In this document: positions 1-9,669 of the stretch, piece after piece
Numbering within the stretch: the stretch's first letter is position 1
How the letters are laid out: every line of letters starts with the position of its first letter
Virus record (IMG/VR): IMGVR_UViG_3300025513_000008
Coordinates: 1 to 56,422 of that record
Length of the DNA stretch: 56,422 nucleotides
Direction: 5' to 3' (one strand)
From: a virus
Lineage: Duplodnaviria > Caudoviricetes
The notes under the pieces: model-generated
What the model saw: the letters and a program-made list of their open reading frames with translations, nothing else
The model's database searches: none
What the model was told of the DNA's origin: nothing
Program-made: the position numbers and the translations under genes

Positions 1-1092
1 CGGAGGATGATATACAAAGTGATAGTTTACTCCTCCTGCACCAAAAGGCCACATGTTGATCTTTTTAAATCCTTGTGTAAGTTTCCATTTAATAAGATCA
101 GGTATATAGTAGATGTTTAGTGCCTGTACTGCACATGCTACAGTAACTTCAACATTATTGCTTGTCTTCTTATCTAATATATGAAATACCTCTGACTGAC
201 GACTCCATTTACTAGGATAACGAATATAGTCATTCATTTGTTTAATACTGTCTATGCTGTAATGAAAACGCACTAGTTTAAATTCTTTCCATAGGTCAAA
301 CAGATCATCACGCCATTCAACTCCGTTTGAGTTGTAACGTAATTCGAGATCTTTTGCATATCCCATTTTAATAGCATGTTCTAGTATTTCATAGTGTTCT
401 TCAATAATAAGACTTTCGCCGCCTGCAAAGTAAATCTGTTGCATACTAGGCATCTGTTCATAAAACTGTTTCCAGAATGTAGGATTCTGTTTGTGCCAAT
501 TATAACTGCTGCCATTGGTACTGCCTTTATCCTGCCACTGCATTGTTTCTTTAAGTGACTCGTTTTCTACTGCTGGAAAAATTGCTTTGTAGTCTTTAAT
601 CCAACCACTACTATCATGCGGACTACACATAACACACGCAAGTTGACACTTAGTGCCGAACCGTAGGTCAATATATGCAAGTTGCGGAGGTACACTTCCA
701 TCTTCATTTGTATCTGCAATCAATTTGTCAACATCAACTCGTTGACTCCAATATGCCGTTTCCCACATACGTTTTGAATTATGCCCGGCGGCTTCTTCTT
801 TGTAACATTTTAAACAACTAGGAGGCTTTTCGCCTGTGAGCATTTGCTTACGTACATTCTTCATGTATGTACTATTCCATGCTGTTTCAAAATCGCTTAC
901 ATTTAAATTGTTCGGCTTACCATCATCTGTTTTAAGAATACCAACTTGGCCGCCGTGTTCTTTATCATTAGTAGCTCCAACACTGCTAGCATTTGCAGTA
1001 CAACACACTCTCATACTGCCGTCTGGACGTGTGCTAAGATGAACCCACGGAAGAAGGCAAAATGTTTCACTTGGTAATTTTTTCTCTGTCAT
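1..1092 (-). CDS. Radical SAM protein with N-terminal Cys-rich twitch/SPASM-like domain (partial, runs off the left window edge; frame stays open upstream to an ATG at 1347)
   Basis: Not in the ORF track; translated by hand: MTEKKLPSETFCLLPWVHLSTRPDGSMRVCC...PPSCLKCYKEE...IDLRFGTKCQLACVMCSPHDSS (CxxxCxxC)...IYFAGGES...RYNSNG. No stop before position 1. Confidence 0.9.
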   Translation of the reverse strand, partial: MTEKKLPSETFCLLPWVHLSTRPDGSMRVCCTANASSVGATNDKEHGGQVGILKTDDGKPNNLNVSDFETAWNSTYMKNVRKQMLTGEKPPSCLKCYKEEAAGHNSKRMWETAYWSQRVDVDKLIADTNEDGSVPPQLAYIDLRFGTKCQLACVMCSPHDSSGWIKDYKAIFPAVENESLKETMQWQDKGSTNGSSYNWHKQNPTFWKQFYEQMPSMQQIYFAGGESLIIEEHYEILEHAIKMGYAKDLELRYNSNGVEWRDDLFDLWKEFKLVRFHYSIDSIKQMNDYIRYPSKWSRQSEVFHILDKKTSNNVEVTVACAVQALNIYYIPDLIKWKLTQGFKKINMWPFGAGGVNYHFVYHPP

Positions 1093-1343
1093 ACTACTAC
1101 TTATTCCTGTTATTACACCATTGCTATAATCTTGGTGGCGCATCATTTTATAATCTAAATTAATATAAAGATGTCTAATATTATAATCAGGCAAATAATT
1201 ATCATGTGCTCCCGGAATATGATTTAACCTAGTCAATGGATATTTAGGAAAATAATAAAAATAATTATCTTCTAAAAACTGATCAATATTTTCTGGAAGC
1301 CTGGGAGCGTCTGATAAATTTTGAACTAATTTAGATAATTTTT

Positions 1344-2441
1344 TCATTTAAATTGCTCTGTATATGGATCAAACTCGGTTCCGCATTTTTGCGCACATAC
1401 TCCTAGTTTACCCTCTTTAACACTAGGCTTACTCCAACTGTGTTCTATATCATTAAGTAAGTTTCCATTACATACACGGCCTCCCATAACATCTTCGATA
1501 TCATTTTCAATAATGTTAATACCTTTGGTGCCGCCCGCTCTATCAATATGATCCCAAATCTGTTCTACTTTAGGATCCTTGTGCCACCACTTGTACATAC
1601 GTCCAGCAGTCCAACAGCAAGGCATTAGTAGCCCTTCTGCTGTTACAAATATACTACCTTGTTCCGCAACTTTACATTTAATTTGCACTCTATCGAAATA
1701 GTTTTTCATGCCGCCGTATGATTTTTCTATCTCTGTTTGCTTTTGTAATGCTAAGTTTACATTTTCTGTTTTCTTAGGCTTAGTAAGCACAGCAGTTTGT
1801 TCACCTTTACGATTTACACCTTGGTGCTGCTGTTTAGGAGTTGCTGTTGCAGTAACAAATCTTCCAGTTTTCTTTTTAATAAACTTTTCAAATCCCCAAG
1901 TATTTGCAAGTGCTTCTGCTTCTTCAACTTGGTGTTCATTGTGTTCAAATATTAAAAAGTCCCAACGACCTCTGCCGCCAGCGGCTGTAAATGCTCGCAT
2001 ACTACGTTCTACATTATCCCAAACAACGTTTTGCCTATATATATGATTAGTATCGGCAAGCCCATCCACGCTGAAAATAACAGCACCCATTCTGCCGAAT
2101 ACTCCGGCAAGTTCTTTCCACCATTCTTCATTTTTTGCTCCTGCATTTGTGTTCATGCTTAGCCATATATTAGGATTGTGTTGTCTAAAATACTTGAATA
2201 TTTCTAAGGTATCTCGTGCAACAATAGGATCACCTAGGTTGCCACACATATACATAGTTTTAAGTTGTGCAATAAACTCTGGTTTAAAGATACGTTTACA
2301 ATCTTCTAAACTTAACTCAGCATTAGTAATATGAGGATTATCAGCGCCGCCATTCATGTTACGGTCGCACATAGTACACGCTGCTTGACATTTCTGTGTT
2401 ACTTCTAGGTGTACTTCTTTGATATCTTCGTATCTATACAT
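1344..2441 (-). CDS. Radical SAM protein with C-terminal twitch/SPASM-like Cys motifs
   Basis: CQAACTMC (CxxxCxxC), CGNLGDP, MNTNAG, FSVDG; C-terminal CKV...MPCCW...VCAQKCG. Confidence 0.9.
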   Translation of the reverse strand: MYRYEDIKEVHLEVTQKCQAACTMCDRNMNGGADNPHITNAELSLEDCKRIFKPEFIAQLKTMYMCGNLGDPIVARDTLEIFKYFRQHNPNIWLSMNTNAGAKNEEWWKELAGVFGRMGAVIFSVDGLADTNHIYRQNVVWDNVERSMRAFTAAGGRGRWDFLIFEHNEHQVEEAEALANTWGFEKFIKKKTGRFVTATATPKQQHQGVNRKGEQTAVLTKPKKTENVNLALQKQTEIEKSYGGMKNYFDRVQIKCKVAEQGSIFVTAEGLLMPCCWTAGRMYKWWHKDPKVEQIWDHIDRAGGTKGINIIENDIEDVMGGRVCNGNLLNDIEHSWSKPSVKEGKLGVCAQKCGTEFDPYTEQFK

Positions 2442-3384
2442 AGTTTATATACTCCTCGATATCTGGTTTTGGATTAACATCGCCGCCTGGTATCGGTACT
2501 AGTTTATTATAGTAAGGACACAAATACGTTTGTTCGTTGTTTCGGTAGCCAATACCAATAGACAACTGTGGAACATACCCTATCACATCTTTAATAAGTT
2601 CAGGATAATTTATACACCTTGATATGCCAGTATCCAACCCATTTGCCGACGCACTATAAATTATATTGCTTGTTGCAATGCCTAGATCCATATAAAAATC
2701 TTCTACTCTATAATCTGACTTAGTTAATGCGTCATCTCTTGTTCTAAAAAATAATAGCCAAGGAGCTAATACTTGAGGATTATGCCTAGCCGTATCGGTT
2801 GTATCTGCTGCATGGGCTCGATAAATCTTATTACAGTTATCTTCATTGTCATTTCGATAAACATCTATATGATATCGTACACCTTTTTGCTTGCTGGGAG
2901 AATAGTCGTGCAAATCATGCAAAACAGAAGATATTACATCTTTGCTCGGTACTTCATTAGTCCAGTTGTATGTATTAATACGCAATGATGCATTTTTGCG
3001 CCAAGTATTAGGTTCCTCTATTGCGCCGTTTTTAATTATGTTAACAATGATATTCTTTAAAGAATCTATCGTAGAAATAGTGTCGTTTGAAATTAATAAT
3101 GTTTCTTTTAGGAATTGTATCATATAATTATAAACAGACACTTCAACCTGATAAGTTGTTATTTGTCTAACATTCCTAATCCAAAATTTGTTGCCTATAT
3201 AAATTGTATTTGAAGTTGTATTATTACTAACATCATGTATAAATGCATCTAATATGTAACCAAGGTCCCGTTGACATTTATAATATTCTACAGTTCTAGT
3301 TGGGTAGTTTTCCTTCATGTACCGTATACATGCTTCTATAATTATTTTTTTTTGGTTTACAATAATATTTAAATCACTAATCAT
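2434..3384 (-). CDS. Nitroreductase-family domain fused to an N-terminal helical domain with a KCxRDLGY motif
   Basis: C-half: R-x-N...W...P...SPSKQ, MDLGIATSNIIYSASANGLDTG, LSIGIGY resemble nitroreductase signatures. N-half: KCQRDLGYILDA. Confidence 0.65.
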   Translation of the reverse strand: MISDLNIIVNQKKIIIEACIRYMKENYPTRTVEYYKCQRDLGYILDAFIHDVSNNTTSNTIYIGNKFWIRNVRQITTYQVEVSVYNYMIQFLKETLLISNDTISTIDSLKNIIVNIIKNGAIEEPNTWRKNASLRINTYNWTNEVPSKDVISSVLHDLHDYSPSKQKGVRYHIDVYRNDNEDNCNKIYRAHAADTTDTARHNPQVLAPWLLFFRTRDDALTKSDYRVEDFYMDLGIATSNIIYSASANGLDTGISRCINYPELIKDVIGYVPQLSIGIGYRNNEQTYLCPYYNKLVPIPGGDVNPKPDIEEYINYV

Positions 3385-3387
3385 TGC

Positions 3388-3609
3388 TTATTCCTTTATT
3401 AGTTTTATTTCTTTGCCGGGTCCAGTTTTACTAGGTAAATCACCGTATTGTTCTATATACCATTCAATAACTGCTTTATACCAATTATGACTGTTATGGT
3501 GTGCAAGTTTATTAAATTGCCAGATGTTATTATTTGTAGCTTCGATAGTACTTAGCGCACGGGCGCTTTCTGTTTGCATTTCTCTTAAACTTAATTTATC
3601 TAAATTCAT
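3388..3609 (-). CDS. Small hypothetical protein (73 aa)
   Basis: ATG overlaps the upstream stop (ATGA); fills the gap in a tightly packed operon. Confidence 0.7.
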   Translation of the reverse strand: MNLDKLSLREMQTESARALSTIEATNNNIWQFNKLAHHNSHNWYKAVIEWYIEQYGDLPSKTGPGKEIKLIKE

Positions 3610-4448
3610 GGTCTTCCAATCAACATAAATCGTTTATATCCATACAGCTCTTTTTCACCTGAGTATTCTAATCTACTCATAGGAAACTTTTTAAGCATTT
3701 CATCTATACTATGAACACAATTTATATGCTCTTCTACATCAAACAAGTTGTTTGATTGAATTACAAAAAGAGGATCAGTAGGTTGTGTTCTAATAGAAAA
3801 TTTAGTATACCAATCTTCATCGAAATGTTCTGCGCTAGTATTAATTACAAGATCCGGCACTGTTTTTTCTTTAGCACTAGACGTTATATTATATTCGCAG
3901 CCGGTTCTATACAACCATACAGGATTTGTAATATCTACTGTGGCAGATTTTATATTAAAATCCTTAATTTTATCATTATTGAAAATTTTATCGCTAACTT
4001 CTAGTGCATCATCGTCAATATCAAAGATTCTCATTTTATTATAAGAAATATTTGCAGCATCAAGATAATATCGTATTTGTCCATACCATCCTGCATGAAC
4101 ATGTATCATTTCAAAATCATTTTTAATTTTTGATAATTCTTGTGACAACCAGATTTTACTATTTACTTGTCCTCGACTAAATGCATCTTGCAATGCGATA
4201 GGATTTTTTTCCATTCTAAAATACTTATGAAATACATCAAGTATAGGATTATCGGCATATTTCCTTAGATGATGCACAAATTCTTTCATATCTAGATTAT
4301 TGTTAATAGTAACAGGTCCATTTTTTGAATATAATAAAGAAAGTAAAAAATCAACATATTGTTTAGATTGATTGTCATTTACAAAATCTAAATAATCTTG
4401 TAGTCCGTGTAGCCAACTAATTGGATTAGTATTAGTTTCTTTGTTCAT
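3606..4448 (-). CDS. Class I SAM-dependent methyltransferase-like protein
   Basis: Motif I-like HVHAGWYG, acidic FDID after the next strand, DLVINTSAEH. Confidence 0.6.
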   Translation of the reverse strand: MNKETNTNPISWLHGLQDYLDFVNDNQSKQYVDFLLSLLYSKNGPVTINNNLDMKEFVHHLRKYADNPILDVFHKYFRMEKNPIALQDAFSRGQVNSKIWLSQELSKIKNDFEMIHVHAGWYGQIRYYLDAANISYNKMRIFDIDDDALEVSDKIFNNDKIKDFNIKSATVDITNPVWLYRTGCEYNITSSAKEKTVPDLVINTSAEHFDEDWYTKFSIRTQPTDPLFVIQSNNLFDVEEHINCVHSIDEMLKKFPMSRLEYSGEKELYGYKRFMLIGRP

Positions 4449-5115
4449 TAAACTTCTCCATTAACCAATTAAAATCATTAATCTTTTTAAGAGCTTCTAC
4501 ATCTTCTCGGTTTCTTACTCCGTATGCTGTGCCTGCCTTAGCACCTTGTATAGCATATTCTCCAAATGGCTTATCACTGCCTACTGTACACCATGTGTGT
4601 AACCTTTTATTAGTTTCTTCTGATTTTTGCCTATCAATAACTTTGCTTGCAAGTTTGCAACATTCTCTAAATGCACTGCGCCATGTACTAAACGGATCAG
4701 TATTAAATGCTGTAATATTTGCTAATTCGGTTACCACTTTAAATTTACTACTAATACTTGTAGTCATGTCCGGTTTACTAATATCCATATCTATTGTTAA
4801 TTTTCTAGGAAATAACTTTACGCCACCGTATCCATATACTAGATTATTAACAGGATTTTGACTGCGCCAAACATGTACGTGATCTAACTGATGATCAGGT
4901 ACTACATAGTCAAAATTAAAATCATCTACTATGATAGCATCAGCATCTACTATCCAAAACATTTTAGTAAAACATTTTTTAGCTGCTTTAATGTGAGCTT
5001 GATGAATTCCTTTAACGCCGTGCATCCTTTTAGTCATAGGAAATCGTTCCTTTAACAGAGAATAATTTTTATCTGCTGTAGGTTCGTCATAACTAATAAA
5101 GATTATATCATGCAT
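4432..5115 (-). CDS. GT-A-fold glycosyltransferase-like protein (paralog of 9669..10589)
   Basis: DIIFISYDEP, HQAHIKAA, WIVDAD (DxD), YGYGGVKLFP, WRSAFRECCKL. Confidence 0.65.
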   Translation of the reverse strand: MHDIIFISYDEPTADKNYSLLKERFPMTKRMHGVKGIHQAHIKAAKKCFTKMFWIVDADAIIVDDFNFDYVVPDHQLDHVHVWRSQNPVNNLVYGYGGVKLFPRKLTIDMDISKPDMTTSISSKFKVVTELANITAFNTDPFSTWRSAFRECCKLASKVIDRQKSEETNKRLHTWCTVGSDKPFGEYAIQGAKAGTAYGVRNREDVEALKKINDFNWLMEKFNEQRN

Positions 5116-5121
5116 ATTTTT

Positions 5122-5150
5122 ATTGTAACACCTTTTATTAAATTTGTCTA
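5122..5150 (-). promoter_or_regulatory. Possible sigma70-type promoter (TAGACA-N17-TACAAT, TGn extended -10)
   Basis: Minus strand reads tagaca aatttaataaaaggtgt tacaat; the ATG at 5115 lies 6 nt after the -10 box. Confidence 0.4.
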
Positions 5151-6361
5151 GTATTTCCGTAATGAATTACATTACAATTACTATTTGTATAGGATCGCCA
5201 TGGGTCTATTACTATACTACCGTTTGGAATATTGCAATAAAGTGTATCTACATTGTTTTTTCCAGTATACTTGTAAGTAGTACTCGCACTATGTGCTAAT
5301 AAAAATACAGCAGGTCCGGTTGGAGTAAAGTTATCTCCGGTTAATGGATCTATATAAACAGGTTTACTCCCCAATTCCTCACAATAATGTCCAATTAGTA
5401 AACTATAACTTCCATCACAATATTCTACATTTGGCTTATACGCTTTGCCATGGATGACAATTTGTAGACTATTTTCTTTTGCATGCTTTACAAGTTCTAT
5501 TGCAATGTTCTTTGCTTGTATTTCCCTAGCATTCATAATGCTATCAAACAAGTCGTAACCAAGGCCTAATTCTTCTGCCATATAACGTAATGCAATGTTA
5601 TCTCTTGGATGGCAACCGCCGCCATCACCCATGCCTGCTTTCATATACTGTGGGCCCATAATGCGCATCGTAGACTTGGCTAAAGCGTCTGTAACAACGT
5701 CTACATTAATGTTACCCTGTTGCTGTGCAACATCCTGTATCATGTTTACAAGGCATATTTTAGCACTAATAAACGTATTGTAAAATACTTTAATACATTC
5801 GCACTCGTCCCATGTTCCAACTACATAGCGTGGATCATTTTCCATAATAGTTTTATAAAAGTCTACAAGTTGTTTAGCATCGCCTGTAGCACTTCCATCC
5901 TCGGTGCCAATCATTACCATCTCTGGATTTACCATGTCCCATGCAACTGATCCCATTGCAATTAAGTACGGATTGTATACAAATCGTGTATTAGGTACTA
6001 AGTTAATAAATTCTCTGCGGGTTGTGCCGGGCAATACTGTACTAATAAGCACAAGCAATTGATCCTTAGTCATATACTTGTTTGCTTCTGTTAACACATC
6101 TTTTACAATATCGTAATTGAAGTCTTTTGGATCTAAATGTGCTGTTGGTGCTCTGCCATCATAGTCTGGATCGTGTGGAGTAGGCACTGCAACAAATACA
6201 ATGTCTCTGCCTTGTACTGTATCTTTAATTGTAGGCATTATTGTTACTTGATGACTAGTACGCTTTGCAACATTATAACCTGTAACATTGTGACCTTTAC
6301 TTGCAATTGCTTCTGCACATGGCATACCTAATTTGCCTGTACCTATAAATCCTATTTTCAT
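5138..6361 (-). CDS. ugd: UDP-glucose/GDP-mannose dehydrogenase family protein
   Basis: Rossmann GFIGTGKLG, VAVPTP, ISTVLPGTT, YNP, IKVFYNTF, catalytic GGGCHPRD, GKAYKPN. Confidence 0.9.
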   Translation of the reverse strand: MKIGFIGTGKLGMPCAEAIASKGHNVTGYNVAKRTSHQVTIMPTIKDTVQGRDIVFVAVPTPHDPDYDGRAPTAHLDPKDFNYDIVKDVLTEANKYMTKDQLLVLISTVLPGTTRREFINLVPNTRFVYNPYLIAMGSVAWDMVNPEMVMIGTEDGSATGDAKQLVDFYKTIMENDPRYVVGTWDECECIKVFYNTFISAKICLVNMIQDVAQQQGNINVDVVTDALAKSTMRIMGPQYMKAGMGDGGGCHPRDNIALRYMAEELGLGYDLFDSIMNAREIQAKNIAIELVKHAKENSLQIVIHGKAYKPNVEYCDGSYSLLIGHYCEELGSKPVYIDPLTGDNFTPTGPAVFLLAHSASTTYKYTGKNNVDTLYCNIPNGSIVIDPWRSYTNSNCNVIHYGNTRQI

Positions 6362-7002
6362 ACAGGTTCCTTAATTTTATTATATATCATAGTTGAAAGC
6401 AATTCGTGTCCTATATTACTGAGATGATATTGATCATTTGTTATGTGATTTTCACTTTTATTAAATATGTCAGAATAGTTAAAAAAGTTATTTTTATATT
6501 GAGGTAAAAATAACAAATCTTCTAAACCATATGCACCTAATTTTACAAAATATAAATTTTTTATTTTATATTCTTTTGCTAAACATTGAAACATCATATG
6601 ATTATTGGCAAACTTTTCTTTTTCAAAGTCGTCATTAATAAAACGTTCGTATAATTTCATTAATTTTTTTTCAGATCCTTTAGCCCATGTATGTGATCCT
6701 AATTTAAATCTAATTATGTCGCCACTAAATGCCGGATCTCTTAACCAATCATTTTCAACAATTGGTGACCAGAACTCATTTCTTTCTAATGTAGTATACT
6801 GTACTACTACTGTATCGTTAGCAGTTATATTGCCACTGAGTATATGCGTTGTTAACACTCTCCACATACGATAATTTGACCCGCAGCCTGCTGCTTCGTG
6901 TACATATTCATAGTTTAAATGCCTGGCAAGGTATTCTCCCCATACTTTCTTAACATTAGTATAGTCACTAACTGAACAACCTGCTACTATTAACTTAGCC
7001 AT
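6358..7002 (-). CDS. SGNH/GDSL hydrolase-like protein (possible sugar O-acyl esterase/transferase)
   Basis: N-terminal LIVAGCS (GDS-like), AAGCGSN, C-terminal DQYH (DxxH) followed by GH. Confidence 0.6.
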   Translation of the reverse strand: MAKLIVAGCSVSDYTNVKKVWGEYLARHLNYEYVHEAAGCGSNYRMWRVLTTHILSGNITANDTVVVQYTTLERNEFWSPIVENDWLRDPAFSGDIIRFKLGSHTWAKGSEKKLMKLYERFINDDFEKEKFANNHMMFQCLAKEYKIKNLYFVKLGAYGLEDLLFLPQYKNNFFNYSDIFNKSENHITNDQYHLSNIGHELLSTMIYNKIKEPV

Positions 7003-7003
7003 G

Positions 7004-8302
7004 TTAATTACTTTCCATAAAATTAAATAATATCGGTATTAGTTGTGATGTAATATTTCGTGTTACTGGTTTTTTAATTAATTGATAATTATGCAACAGC
7101 GATGGTAACATTTCTTTTAACATCTTCGACCAAACTGGTGCAGGAATATTTTGTAATCTATCAAACTCGCGTAATACTAGCCGAAGTCTTTGTATGTCAT
7201 CTTCTTCGTTATCATAATCATGATTAATCCATTTATCAAACGTATGGAACCCATGTGTTTTTAAAACTTTTATATTGTCCTTAGGGCCAGATTGTATAAA
7301 CGGTTGTAACATAGCAAGAGGTTTTAATAGTTTTTCTGTTATAAATGGATATCTTGCATTATCTGGAGTTGTTTCTGTAACTAGTTGGAAATATGAATTT
7401 AATCCGTGGTCCCAACCCAATCGATTTGCTTGATTTTCTTGAAGAGTAACATTAATCTCTTTTATGTGCGGATATATGTCAGGGCCATTAACAAGTAAAT
7501 CTACTTGGTCTTTTAGTTCAGGAAAATGCTCAGTCCAATGCCATCTCGGGCCATTAGCAAATGTTCCTAAACTATATAAACATTCCTTGTCATAATTGTT
7601 TTTTATAATATGTGATACAATCATTGTTCGTTGCGCACGAGGCAATCTATTATAACTTAACGATTTATATGTCAAAATGTTATTGTTTATGATATCTTTT
7701 ATTTTTGTCGAAACATATTCAGCATGCTCTTCTTCTTGGTTTTCTAATGCTAGAAATTTAAATAACTCAAATCCAGTAATACAATTATATCCCTTATTAT
7801 GAGAGTCTTTTAGTGTTACATTGCCATATGGTTCTATAGTTTCGGCACCTGTAATAAGTGTAATGTTTTTTGGACATGTATTTAATGCAGTACATAACTT
7901 TTTAAAATCTATTTGAGAATTACGTTCAAGTTGGGTACATTCAGTTCCCCAATCAATTATCCAATGTACTAATCCGTTTTTACTGTCATTCCACATACGT
8001 TCTGACATAGTGACGTTACTTAGAAGATTTACAGAAGATTGTCCCCGTGAATAAAATTTATAAACTGGTTGATACTTATCTGTAACAAAATGATGATAAT
8101 GATTTAAGTATACAACATATTTTGTGTTAGGTTTAATTTTTTTAAGACTAACAAAATTAAAAAGACTATTATTATCTATATGTTCTTGCCAGTTTCTAAT
8201 ATATGTAATATGACGAAAATTTGGAGAACTAGGAGGAATACCTAACAGTTTGTCAGGGCCCTTTCCATATTTTATTAAGTTAAACATTGTTTCCATTCGC
8301 AA
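7004..8302 (-). CDS. Hypothetical protein, possibly GT-B/GT10-like glycosyltransferase (start may be 8287)
   Basis: LSYNR..R..R and FQLVTET...FITEKLLKP...PFI..G resemble the TEK motif of GT10-like transferases. Confidence 0.4.
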   Translation of the reverse strand: MRMETMFNLIKYGKGPDKLLGIPPSSPNFRHITYIRNWQEHIDNNSLFNFVSLKKIKPNTKYVVYLNHYHHFVTDKYQPVYKFYSRGQSSVNLLSNVTMSERMWNDSKNGLVHWIIDWGTECTQLERNSQIDFKKLCTALNTCPKNITLITGAETIEPYGNVTLKDSHNKGYNCITGFELFKFLALENQEEEHAEYVSTKIKDIINNNILTYKSLSYNRLPRAQRTMIVSHIIKNNYDKECLYSLGTFANGPRWHWTEHFPELKDQVDLLVNGPDIYPHIKEINVTLQENQANRLGWDHGLNSYFQLVTETTPDNARYPFITEKLLKPLAMLQPFIQSGPKDNIKVLKTHGFHTFDKWINHDYDNEEDDIQRLRLVLREFDRLQNIPAPVWSKMLKEMLPSLLHNYQLIKKPVTRNITSQLIPILFNFMESN

Positions 8303-9669
8303 TATGCATGTTCCATCTCTGGAAAAGTATTTATAAAGTTTGTTCCTCGGCGTCTGTCATGCTCGTCTACAAATATAACAAAGTCTGATCTATTTTTTCT
8401 TAGTGTTTCTTCGTCTAGATGTTCTTCATTCATAATATCGTATAACCGCTTAAACTTATCGCCTTCCCATTGATAAAATCCCATGTTTTCCTTGCCACGA
8501 ACATTTCTATCTTCAAAATTATTACGGATAAACTCTAATTGCGGTTTTACATATCTGTCACGCCATTCAGGCTCAGCAATAAACATTGCTTGATGATTAG
8601 GGTATCGTAAATAAGGAGTATCAAGTACTATTGGTATTGCCTTGCCTGCTCCGCCAAATTCTAATTTAAGATCTAACAAGTCTTTTAACATTTTATCAAA
8701 CGAGAATATGCTTAACACATTATATGTACTCATACAGGTAAATGTACAATTGGGTACTTCTTCTAATACCCTGCGTATGTTAGACAACCATTGGTCATAA
8801 TCTAGGCCATGGCGAATGTATTCTGCTTGGGTGCCGTATGCTTCTGCACTTGTAAATATTTTTAGTTTTTTAACTTTACCTTGACTGCCAATAATTTTCA
8901 TCTTTTCAATGAACTTATTAAACACTGCATCAGGTACACACATGTTACTGTTAACAGAGAACTCAAGATCAGGCTTTGGATTTGCTATCAAGTCGTCTAG
9001 TACACGAAACGTGTCTTTAGTAAGTAGCGGCTCGCCGCCTGTAATCCTAAAGTGCTTTAAGTCTTTGCTTACATCAGGCCACCATTTCCAAAATGCTTCT
9101 ACATATGGATTATGCTCTCTATTAGGTATTGGCATTGCATCAGTTTTTATTAACCAGTCCACATCATTAAATTTATTTGAAGTATTATAAGCGCCGTGTT
9201 GTTTAATTTCTTCCATCCACTTAGAACTTACTTGTGGGGAACAATAACTGCATTTAAAATTACATACACTACTAAAACTAACTTCTAAATAACTTGGATT
9301 AACATTGTCATCCCAACCTTTATCTACAATGTCTTGTATGTGCGGCTGTGCCCAAGGTTCAAAAGATTTATATGTTCTGTCGCTTAGTTCGTTAGACCCA
9401 CTATCTTCAACTCTCCAACAATAATCACATTCTTTAGGTCGTTTGCCTTCAAGCATTAGTTTACGTTGTTGTTTTTTAAACTTAGTATTATGCAATGCGC
9501 TAGGATTATCCTTTAATTCTTCAAGAGGAATCTTGTGCGAAGTAGGATGATGGCAACTATGCGTGTGTCCATTGTGCAAGTGTAGAGTAACTTGTTTCCA
9601 TTTTGCTGTACAGAAAGTAGGACTTACAAGGTCTATGTTTTCTTGTTTCCAACTTTTAATATCGTGCAT
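8275..9669 (-). CDS. Radical SAM protein with N-terminal twitch-like domain
   Basis: FCTAKW...HSCHH...ECDYCW; LEVSFSSVCNFKCSYCSP (CxxxCxxC); ITGGEP; VNSN; YIRHG. Same architecture as 1..1092. Confidence 0.9.
   Translation of the reverse strand: MHDIKSWKQENIDLVSPTFCTAKWKQVTLHLHNGHTHSCHHPTSHKIPLEELKDNPSALHNTKFKKQQRKLMLEGKRPKECDYCWRVEDSGSNELSDRTYKSFEPWAQPHIQDIVDKGWDDNVNPSYLEVSFSSVCNFKCSYCSPQVSSKWMEEIKQHGAYNTSNKFNDVDWLIKTDAMPIPNREHNPYVEAFWKWWPDVSKDLKHFRITGGEPLLTKDTFRVLDDLIANPKPDLEFSVNSNMCVPDAVFNKFIEKMKIIGSQGKVKKLKIFTSAEAYGTQAEYIRHGLDYDQWLSNIRRVLEEVPNCTFTCMSTYNVLSIFSFDKMLKDLLDLKLEFGGAGKAIPIVLDTPYLRYPNHQAMFIAEPEWRDRYVKPQLEFIRNNFEDRNVRGKENMGFYQWEGDKFKRLYDIMNEEHLDEETLRKNRSDFVIFVDEHDRRRGTNFINTFPEMEHAYCEWKQCLT

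Noticed and set aside
3388-3609. 73-aa ORF as a RiPP precursor for the radical SAM enzymes
   Set aside because: Looks like a small helical globular protein; no leader/core pattern, Cys-rich core, protease or transporter nearby.
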